Source: an uncultured archaeon
Lineage (GTDB): Archaea; Asgardarchaeota; Lokiarchaeia; Sigyniarchaeales; SOKP01
DNA: 23,286 bases
Assembly: GCA_964388035.1 (NCBI GenBank)
Contig: CAYLZE010000081.1
Span: forward strand, 1 to 23,286
Direction: 5' to 3'
Part shown: positions 1-7,264 of the stretch, piece after piece
Position numbering within the stretch: position 1 is the stretch's first letter
Layout of the letters: every line of letters begins with the position of its first letter
Made by a program: the position numbers and the translations under genes
Notes under the pieces: generated by a model
What the model was told of the DNA's origin: nothing
What the model saw: the letters and a program-made list of their open reading frames with translations, nothing else
The model's database searches: none

Positions 1-25
1 TCAAATTTAGCTGTCTGTGCAAAAT

Positions 26-622
26 TTAGACCCTTAGCGAGCCACGGAACCCCCTGACGCCATAGTAAGAGGGCGCACCGTTGTGATACACGAAGACATG
101 GTCGTAGCGACGATCGGCAAAGATGGCGCCGCCGAGTTTTCTAATTTCAGAAGGTGTTTTCAACCAGCTCGACGTTTTCGTATCGAAATTTCCAAGTTTC
201 TGCAACTCTCGATATTGTTCTTCCGTTAAAATCTCGATGCCCATGGCAGCTGCCATATCCATAGCGGTATCTTTTGGTTTAAATTCTTTCCTTGACTCCA
301 GCGCTTCACGGTCATAACAAACATTTCTGCGGCCTTTAGGACTTTCCGCTGAACAATCATAAAAAATGTATTCGCCCGTCTTTTTATCATGACCAACAAC
401 ATCCGGTTCACCGCCAGTTCTTTCCATTTCATTGAGTGACCACAGTTTTTCAGTATTAGCTTCCAGCTTTGCTTGTACTTTAGCCCATTCAAGACCTTTA
501 TGGCGGTTCATGTTTTTCTCAAAACGGGCTTTCAATGCTCTGAGTAGTTCTTCACGTTGTTCTGGTGACAATTCTTTTTTGAATGCAGTAGTTGATGGCT
601 TGCGCATAATCATAGTATTCAT
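26..622 (-). CDS. DUF4256 family protein (bacterial-like)
   Basis: Motifs LKARFEKNMNRH, EMERTGGEPDVV, DCSAESPKGRR, FDTKTSSW, VYHNGA.SYY..RGFRGSLRV recalled as DUF4256; GC visibly higher than neighbours (32/60 at 61-120); start uncertain. Confidence 0.85.
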   Translation of the reverse strand: MNTMIMRKPSTTAFKKELSPEQREELLRALKARFEKNMNRHKGLEWAKVQAKLEANTEKLWSLNEMERTGGEPDVVGHDKKTGEYIFYDCSAESPKGRRNVCYDREALESRKEFKPKDTAMDMAAAMGIEILTEEQYRELQKLGNFDTKTSSWLKTPSEIRKLGGAIFADRRYDHVFVYHNGAPSYYGVRGFRGSLRV

Positions 623-733
623 CCTGAGATTATAAAATTATCTATGCAGACCCTTAAAGACTAATGATATAGAATTTAGATATTTTTCCAATTTGATAAT
701 CAATCTATAATCTCTTAAATTATTTTTTTGGTT

Positions 734-1087
734 TTAAGAAAGGACTTGAATTAATTTCTCAACAGAATAATATCGGGTAAAGTATCCCTCCTTTTTTCCC
801 ATAATCAAACCTGCTTCTTCTAAAATTTTAAGGTGGTGTGTTACGGTTCCTTCTGATATTTGAAATACTTTAGCAAGAGCACAAGTACACATTGGCTTAT
901 CTTGAAGCAGTTTATACATGAGATATCTTTTCATCTTGGAAAGGGCCTTATGGATTTTGTACTCTTTTTTAGTTAATGTGTCATTCATCACATTTGCTAT
1001 AAAGTCTTCATGTTTATTTAAGAATTCAGTGCAAGATGTCCCGGGTTCTAATTCTTGAATGTACTTTTTAAATCTTTCTTCTGACAT
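734..1087 (-). CDS. arsR: ArsR/SmtB family transcriptional regulator
   Basis: KALS...R..YKLL; alpha3 CxC motif MCTCAL; HTH ISEGTVTHHLKILEEAGLI; wing GKKEGYFTRYY; extra N-terminal Cys. Confidence 0.85.
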   Translation of the reverse strand: MSEERFKKYIQELEPGTSCTEFLNKHEDFIANVMNDTLTKKEYKIHKALSKMKRYLMYKLLQDKPMCTCALAKVFQISEGTVTHHLKILEEAGLIMGKKEGYFTRYYSVEKLIQVLS

Positions 1088-1278
1088 TAAAGTATAGAAA
1101 TTATTTTTATTTTAATATTTTTTGGTTTGTTTTGAGAAAGTTTAAAATGGATTATTTTCTTATGATCTCAAGGTACTAATAAACTCATTTTAAAAATACA
1201 TAAAGCAGAAATAGGTGAGAAAAACTGGATTCTGAGCAATTCGAATTATCAAAATCATTCAATTATTATGACGATTTT

Positions 1279-1899
1279 ATGGGAAAGGTGCTAGAATTTG
1301 ACAATTTGACTATGGATGATTATATGGAAATCATGCCAAAAATATTACCTCTCGTACTTCACCAAACTACAAAGGTGCCCGTGGTTTTATTTGAATCGGT
1401 CATCTCTCAACTCAGAGAGATATGGACAGCCTCAGAGGAATTACCATTTCATGGCCCCTGGCATCATGGGATTGTACCAGCTGTTCTCATACAAGCGCTA
1501 AAAAACAATGATTATGACTTTATTGAAAAAGATGTGAAAGAAGCTTTTATGCGTGGCTTGAAAATACCTGCAGGAGGCTGTGGATTCTGCGGTACTTGTG
1601 GAGGTGGAAGTGGCGTAGGGATTGTGGCAAGCATTGTTCAAAAAGCCACGCCATTTCATGATAAAGAACGTTCTGAAGGATTTGAAGCCGCTTTAAGTGC
1701 TCAAAAGCAGATAGGGAAATTAGGTGGCCCTAGATGTTGCCGCCTCAGTGCTTATGTAGCAATTGATCAAGGAATTAAATATTTAGCGAAAAAGAACTAT
1801 TCCCTGCCTGAACAAAAAATGATTGGGCGATGTAATGTTTACGAGTTAAACGCTCAATGTCACGGAAAGCGCTGCCCTTACTTTCCTAAAAGTAAATGA
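1279..1899 (+). CDS. DUF5714 family Cys-rich protein (possible upstream CTG start at 1225)
   Basis: HGPWHHGIVPAVL, PAGGCGFCGTCGG, GGPRCCR, C-terminal C..N.QC.GKRCPYF pattern. Confidence 0.8.
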   Translation: MGKVLEFDNLTMDDYMEIMPKILPLVLHQTTKVPVVLFESVISQLREIWTASEELPFHGPWHHGIVPAVLIQALKNNDYDFIEKDVKEAFMRGLKIPAGGCGFCGTCGGGSGVGIVASIVQKATPFHDKERSEGFEAALSAQKQIGKLGGPRCCRLSAYVAIDQGIKYLAKKNYSLPEQKMIGRCNVYELNAQCHGKRCPYFPKSK

Positions 1900-2069
1900 A
1901 CTTCAACTCGAATTAATTCATTTTTTTTAATCATCTTTTATTTTTCATCCAATCTCAAAATAGACAAATAATAGATTGATGTCTCATTGTATAATACAAA
2001 TAGTTTTATAAAGTTATACTTAAAAATAATATAACAATTAATATTAAAACTAAAGAAGAGCTGATCATC

Positions 2070-2531
2070 ATGAAAAAGATAAAGATAACGATTTTCGCAC
2101 CCGATCCCGAGAATAACCTTTCAAATGGAATAACATATGTACCAGAAATAGATGATAATGGGTCAATAATCGATGCATTGAGTTCAATAGACAAAAAAAT
2201 TTTTAACCAACCGGAAAGATCTTTTTTTCCACTATACAAGGGATTAATTTACAGTTTCCTTCAATTAATTTGGGATGCCGAGGAGGATAATATTTATGAA
2301 GACTGCGGTGTGAATGCATATGGACCCAATAGGGAATATATGCCACTAAGAAGCGATATCAACTTTAATTTACTTCCTAACTCTGAAATTACAATTATCG
2401 TTCACGCTGATTGATGAGCAGATAATATGAAAGAGCGATTAGATTATGGTGCGTTTAAGAGAGTTATTAGAGATAAATTCGGAAAAGATAATGATAAATT
2501 TTTGCATTATTTCGCGCTAAAAAGGAATTAA
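2070..2531 (+). CDS. Beta-grasp (MoaD/ThiS/SAMP-like) protein, candidate selenoprotein with tandem UGA-UGA at 2412-2417 (153 aa if read through; 114 aa, 2070..2414, if not)
   Basis: Strand-strand-helix start (KKIKITIF / TYVPEI / SIIDALSSIDKK) and MoaD-like end (NFNLLPNSEITIIVHAD); in-frame TGA TGA, then 37 sense codons to TAA 2529-2531; SECIS-like hairpin immediately after. The 2070..2414 portion is a confident CDS; the extension is inferred. Confidence 0.6.
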
Positions 2532-2538
2532 TTATAAA

Positions 2539-2582
2539 ATGGAATGATATCATTCAAAAAATAATAGTGAAGGATGGACCAT
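2539..2582 (+). promoter_or_regulatory. Putative eukaryote/Loki-type SECIS element (kink-turn hairpin)
   Basis: AUGG(2539-42)/CCAU(2579-82) lower stem; AAU bulge; tandem GA(2546-47)/GA(2577-78) within AUGA...GA core; U.G pair; upper stem AUCAUUCA(2549-56)/UGAAGGAU(2568-75) with 7 of 8 pairs; A-rich apical loop AAAAAUAAUAG. Confidence 0.55.
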
Positions 2583-2834
2583 GGGATTGCATCTCATATT
2601 TAGGATTATGCTAAAATAATTTTTTGTAAATTTGAGATATAAATCCACATAGAATTATCTGGAAAAGGTATCATAAATTCAAACAATTTTTCATGAGTCA
2701 TTGTTAAAGTATTTTCGCTTCAAGATCTTCTAATCAAGTACGAAATTTTTACCTATAATCAGTGATAATTTTATAATCTAAACCTATTTAGAATAGACCT
2801 AATATTATTGAAATTAGCATACCTTTATTCCATT

Positions 2835-3602
2835 CTATGGTATTTTATTTCCCCATTTAGAGCTTGAATACTTTTCTCTCACTAATTTCCTTGCTCGATT
2901 CAGCTCTTCGTTTGTTAAGTCAATACGAGTTAATTCTAGGTGGAATGCTTTCTCAACTTGACTAATAATATCTTGAATGATCCTCTCAATTGTTATATAT
3001 CTGTTGAATGAGCGTATATTTGTTGTTTTTGTTCTATTACTAGGAACGTAGTGTCCTACTTCGGTATCAAGAGTCGTGTCGAGAACTTTTGTTAGAAGGT
3101 CAAGATCCGAATTTATTAATAAAGTACCATGATGCAAAACCGAATTTCCCCTAAAAAGTTGGGCACTCCCTGAAATTTTCTTGTTGTTGAGATAAATTGA
3201 ATTAGGAACGTGAAAAGAGCAATCTAAATGGGATTTCATTAACGCGTCAATAATTATAGTTATAAGGAATTTGTTTAGAATGGATACATTGTTTGAATAA
3301 TATTCACAGTGATTATTCATAAAGAATGAAAAGTTCAAGCACCCTAAATCTAAATATACCCCACCTCCCCCCGTAATTCTTCTTAATATGGGAACTTGAT
3401 GTTTCTTGCATGCGCGTATATTAACCTCCGCCTTTAAAGATTGATTTCTCCCTATAATTACGGAAGGTTTTGATCTCCAAAACCTTAAGATTAAATCGTG
3501 TTCTCTATTCTTCACTGATTGTAATAAAACCTCCTCAACAGCTTGGTTCAAAAAGGGATTCGATATACTTGGTAATATTACGCAGGCAACTTCTTGGTTC
3601 AT
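2835..3602 (-). CDS. lplA: Lipoate-protein ligase family protein (catalytic domain only; LplA-N/LipM-like)
   Basis: NQAVEE.LL, LRFW..KPSVIIGRNQ, RRITGGGGVYLD.G.LNFS, KKISGSAQ, HHGTLL. Confidence 0.9.
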   Translation of the reverse strand: MNQEVACVILPSISNPFLNQAVEEVLLQSVKNREHDLILRFWRSKPSVIIGRNQSLKAEVNIRACKKHQVPILRRITGGGGVYLDLGCLNFSFFMNNHCEYYSNNVSILNKFLITIIIDALMKSHLDCSFHVPNSIYLNNKKISGSAQLFRGNSVLHHGTLLINSDLDLLTKVLDTTLDTEVGHYVPSNRTKTTNIRSFNRYITIERIIQDIISQVEKAFHLELTRIDLTNEELNRARKLVREKYSSSKWGNKIP

Positions 3603-3815
3603 TTTTTTAATACAAATAGGATTTTTTATTATTTAGCAAAAATAATTATTAGAAAAATATTATTTTCTCCCACTATCATTTTTTTTAATGAGTTAAGTTA
3701 TTTTTTTAAAAAAGGAATTTTTTACTTTGTAATTTATATTAAAAAGGTTTATAGAATTAGATAATAACGCATTTAAAAATATTTTGGAGTGAAATTGTAA
3801 TACTGAACCTGAGTA

Positions 3816-4895
3816 TTACCCGGGAGGTTGTTTACTATCCAATGATACAAGGTAATATTTCTTTTTAAAATATTTTGCTACATTTACTAAAGAGATCATT
3901 ACAGGAACTTCAATTAATGGGCCTATTACTGCAGCAAATGCAACTCCCGAACCTAACCCAAAAATCGATATAGCAATAGCAAGTGAGAGTTCAAAATTAT
4001 TACTTGCTGCTGTAAAGGAAAGACTCGTTGATCTCTGATAATCAGCCCCCAATTTTTTACTCATGACAAAACTAATTAGAAACATCAATATAAAATAGAA
4101 AAGCAGTGGAATTGCTATTATGACCACATCCAATGGAATTGATACCACTTGACCGCCTTTTAAGCCAAACATTATTATAATTGTGAATAAAAGAGCAATT
4201 AGTGTAATTGGAGAGATTTTAGGAATAAATTTTTCGGCATACCATTCAGACCCTTTTATCTTGATCAAAATCGTTCTGGTAACAAATCCAGATATGAAGG
4301 GAATTCCCAGATAGATAAATACACTTTCTGCTATGGAACCTATTCCAATATTTATTATATTGGATTGTAGTCCGAGCAAACTGGGCAATAAAGTAATATA
4401 AAACCAAGCAAATACACTATAAAAAAGAACTTGAAATATGCTGTTAAATGCCACTAAACCTGCCGCATATTCGCGACTCCCTCCCGCTAATTCATTCCAA
4501 ACAATAACCATGGCAATACATCGAGCCAGACCAATTAAAATGACACCAATCATATATTCGGGATAATTTCTCAGAAAGATAAGAGCAAGTACAAACATTA
4601 AAAATGGTCCAATTAACCAATTTTGAATTAGCGCCAATCCTAATATTTTTTTATCCTTGAAGACATCCCCCAACTCCTCATAATGTACCTTGGCAAGTGG
4701 AGGATACATCATTAAAATTAATCCGATTGCGATTGGAATATTAGTATATCCCACTTCAAAGTTTGAAAGAAATACTTCAAAACCTGGAAAGATAAATGCG
4801 ATTAAAATACCCACTATCATTGCTATGAATATCCAGAGGGTAAGGAATTTATCCAGATTTGAAAGCTTTTTGACGGGAATTCCAATTTTTTGCAT
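3816..4895 (-). CDS. acr3: Acr3 family arsenite efflux transporter
   Basis: [42 protein letters not shown] (conserved Cys), [15 protein letters not shown]; about 10 hydrophobic segments. Confidence 0.95.
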   Translation of the reverse strand: MQKIGIPVKKLSNLDKFLTLWIFIAMIVGILIAFIFPGFEVFLSNFEVGYTNIPIAIGLILMMYPPLAKVHYEELGDVFKDKKILGLALIQNWLIGPFLMFVLALIFLRNYPEYMIGVILIGLARCIAMVIVWNELAGGSREYAAGLVAFNSIFQVLFYSVFAWFYITLLPSLLGLQSNIINIGIGSIAESVFIYLGIPFISGFVTRTILIKIKGSEWYAEKFIPKISPITLIALLFTIIIMFGLKGGQVVSIPLDVVIIAIPLLFYFILMFLISFVMSKKLGADYQRSTSLSFTAASNNFELSLAIAISIFGLGSGVAFAAVIGPLIEVPVMISLVNVAKYFKKKYYLVSLDSKQPPG

Positions 4896-5230
4896 TGTTC
4901 ATGGTTTTAAAACTAACAAGAAAATATAATTATTTTGATTAAAAAATAAAAGAACGCATATGAAATGCTCTTTCTTTTTGTTTTACCAAGAAAGATGGTT
5001 ATTATTTATAAATACTTTAATTTTTTGCCTTTATCTAAGAAGGTAAAATTTTAAAGAAGAAAAAATAGAGTGGATTATTCCTATAAATGCTTATATTCGA
5101 AAAAACTCAAGTGAGAATTTTTAATTTTTATAATACTTTAATTCGTTCTAATATTATTTCACGAATTTACTAAAAGAGTACTTGTAGATTATCCTTTCAT
5201 TTAATTGTAGGAAAAAGAATAATAAAAATT

Positions 5231-5722
5231 TTAATAAGTGCTAATTTGTTGACTTTCTAACTCATCTAAATTAAGCCCTTTTTTCTGCAACTCTGTATAG
5301 ATGTAATGTATTACTTTTTTAATATCCTCTTCTTTAATCTCACTTAATTTATTCTTATTTTTAAAGGAGTTGAGATCATTTAGGTTAAGACGTTGTTTAG
5401 GAATGATATCTTGGACGGAGATTACTAAATCTGGTTTAATTTCCAAATGTTCATAGATTTGACTGGCACAAGCCGTATTACAGCCATTAATTACTATCAA
5501 GAAGGAATTTTTTAAGTGTTTTTTAGTAAGCTCAACCATGTTATCTTTACCTAATAACACATTCTTTAAAAAAATAGTTGAGCATGTCATTGAAGCTAAG
5601 ATTGATATTTTACTGTTTTCTATTAATTGAATTGCTACTTTTCGTGCGAGTTCTCCGTGATACTCCGCCCCGGAACAGGGGATTAATATGATATTATTAA
5701 ATTTCTCTTCGATTTCGTTCAA
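5231..5722 (-). CDS. DGC-domain putative zinc/metal-binding protein
   Basis: IPCSG...GELAR.VA, central Cys (SMTC), IVINGCNTACA; TTG start 1 nt after upstream stop. Confidence 0.8.
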   Translation of the reverse strand: MNEIEEKFNNIILIPCSGAEYHGELARKVAIQLIENSKISILASMTCSTIFLKNVLLGKDNMVELTKKHLKNSFLIVINGCNTACASQIYEHLEIKPDLVISVQDIIPKQRLNLNDLNSFKNKNKLSEIKEEDIKKVIHYIYTELQKKGLNLDELESQQISTY

Positions 5723-5723
5723 C

Positions 5724-6014
5724 TCATATCAAACCCTTTTCCTTTAGAATTACAGGTAATTTCTTCTTTAATGCAAAAGAACTGGTAACCACATCTTTTC
5801 CGTCGATAACTACACTATTTCCATGAAGGTTTAAATTGCGTGCCTCCTCGGAGTCAAGATTCTTGGTTTCAAATTTTATATATTTATTGTATTCTGTTAA
5901 TACCTGAAACACCAAATTCATGAAATTTTCCCATTGGCAAGCACATACATTCAAAGGAATATACACATCAACCTGTAATTTATTTTCTTCCAACTTTTGT
6001 TCGGCTTTTGACAT
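5724..6014 (-). CDS. Small CxC protein, possibly thioredoxin-fold/ArsD-like metallochaperone
   Basis: VDVYIPLNVCAC then helix; SVVIDGK strand resembles the Trx-fold P.vvidG region; SD AGAGGTG upstream; co-oriented between arsR and DGC gene. Coding is confident, function is tentative. Confidence 0.55.
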   Translation of the reverse strand: MSKAEQKLEENKLQVDVYIPLNVCACQWENFMNLVFQVLTEYNKYIKFETKNLDSEEARNLNLHGNSVVIDGKDVVTSSFALKKKLPVILKEKGLI

Positions 6015-6029
6015 TTGATTTTACACCTC

Positions 6030-6350
6030 TTATATATTTTCTTGAATCTCCAATATTTTTTCATATTTTTGTTCTCGCTTAATAATATTATCAAGTACCG
6101 CTAATAGTTTAAAAATGCGAGAATCTTTTATTTTGTACATGACTTTAACACCATCTTTTCTACTTTCAATTATATCAGCGAGTTCCAATTTCTTTAAATG
6201 TCTTGAAATCATGGATTGAGATTTTTCCAACATTTTCTCGAAATCGCAGCCACAGAGCTCTCCTCCATGACGTAGGAGACCTATAATCTCAAGTCTTGTT
6301 TCATCTGATAAAGCTTTAAGCTTTTCCAATCTCAATTTTTCTAATTTCAT
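6030..6350 (-). CDS. arsR: ArsR family As(III)-responsive repressor
   Basis: LKALSDETRLEII, ELCGCDF (cf. ELCVCDL alpha3 site), SQSMISRHLKKL, RKDGVKVMY. Confidence 0.92.
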   Translation of the reverse strand: MKLEKLRLEKLKALSDETRLEIIGLLRHGGELCGCDFEKMLEKSQSMISRHLKKLELADIIESRKDGVKVMYKIKDSRIFKLLAVLDNIIKREQKYEKILEIQENI

Positions 6351-6360
6351 ATTTTTCTCT

Positions 6361-6382
6361 TTTATGCATTTTCATACATAAA
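6361..6382. promoter_or_regulatory. Putative ArsR operator 1 (imperfect palindrome)
   Basis: TTTATGCAT-TTTC-ATACATAAA, 10 nt upstream of the arsR start. Confidence 0.55.
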
Positions 6383-6454
6383 TTCATATAAATAATATAT
6401 TACATCCTATTTAAGTATTAACCTAACTTAAATTAATAAAAAATGGTTTTTGCT

Positions 6455-6476
6455 TTTATGAGCAGAAATGCATAGA
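6455..6476. promoter_or_regulatory. Putative ArsR operator 2 (inverted copy of operator 1)
   Basis: TTTATGAGCAGAAATGCATAGA; its reverse complement TCTATGCATTTCTGCTCATAAA matches operator 1 at 16/22 positions with both arms retained. Confidence 0.5.
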
Positions 6477-6571
6477 TTTATACACGATGATATATTATAA
6501 ATATTTGTTAAAGTTTAGTTAAAAAATGAATTATTGAAAACTCAAATAAAAATAAACTCTGGCGTATCATT

Positions 6572-6961
6572 TTGAGTAAAGAAAAAAAAAAAATTGGATT
6601 TATCATGTGCGTTTGTACGGGAAAATGTCCGGGCTTTGCAAAAATGGATGTTTGGGATTTTATTAACCGTATTCGAATAGAATTACCCGTTGAATATGGA
6701 TTTATCCATCCACAATTATGTGAAGAAGATGGGGATCGTTTCTTGGATGACTTTTTACGACCTGGTCGCAAATATCTAATTGGTGCATGTGCCCCCAACA
6801 TGCAATATAAAATGTTTCGCGATGCATTTAATAAGGTAGGACTTGATATAAAAAAAGATCTTATCCCATTAGATATTAGAGAAATGACAACCGATGAAGC
6901 CGTGGAATTGGTAGAAAAAACATTAGAAAAAATGGAAGAGGAGGATAAAAAAAATGAGTAA
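6572..6961 (+). CDS. Stand-alone heterodisulfide reductase subunit A N-terminal-domain-like protein
   Basis: KIGFIMCVC, HPQLCEEDG, IGACAP...KMFR....GL, LDIRE parallel HdrA RIGVYVCHC / MCSDPG / ACSP..H..TF / NIRE; TTG start; no FAD domain. Confidence 0.75.
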   Translation: MSKEKKKIGFIMCVCTGKCPGFAKMDVWDFINRIRIELPVEYGFIHPQLCEEDGDRFLDDFLRPGRKYLIGACAPNMQYKMFRDAFNKVGLDIKKDLIPLDIREMTTDEAVELVEKTLEKMEEEDKKNE

Positions 6962-7250
6962 AAGTTATGATTCAAATAAAGAAACCTTCATGGGCGTCCC
7001 GCGAAATAAAATCCCCTGGTGGCCAACTATAGATTATGAAAAATGTAATTTTTGTATGGAATGCGATAAATTTTGCCCCCATGATGTCTATGAAAAAACC
7101 GAAGGGGAACATAAGAATTTAATTGTGAAAAATCCTTATAACTGCGTGGTTTTTTGCCGTGCGTGTGCTAAAGCTTGTGCTCTTGACGCATTATCTTTTC
7201 CTGATAAACGAGAAATCACAAAAATGATAAAAGAATTAAGAGCTGAATAA
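6954..7250 (+). CDS. 2x[4Fe-4S] ferredoxin-type protein
   Basis: CNFCMECDKFCP and CVVFCRACAKAC motifs; PRNKIPWWPTID leader; overlaps upstream stop. Confidence 0.9.
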   Translation: MSKSYDSNKETFMGVPRNKIPWWPTIDYEKCNFCMECDKFCPHDVYEKTEGEHKNLIVKNPYNCVVFCRACAKACALDALSFPDKREITKMIKELRAE

Positions 7251-7264
7251 GAAGGCGATTAAAA

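Noticed and set aside
28-656. 9-bp direct repeat AGACCCTTA (28-36 and 648-656) flanking the high-GC DUF4256 gene, as a possible target-site duplication
   Set aside because: The first copy lies within the gene's conserved terminal codons; no transposase or terminal inverted repeats; plausibly chance
2412-2417. UGA reassigned to Gly (code 25), which would restore a MoaD-type GG
   Set aside because: UGA acts as a normal stop elsewhere in the window (ATGA stop/start overlaps at 16385-16388 and 22130-22133), and long genes have no internal UGA
4948-4979. Imperfect inverted repeat around GCAT-ATGAA-ATGC upstream of acr3
   Set aside because: The arms are mostly A/T runs with bulges and it does not match the 22-bp operator consensus; too weak to call
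6508-6975. 155-aa minus-strand ORF
   Set aside because: Antisense shadow of the HdrA-N-like gene with low-complexity Ser/Phe composition
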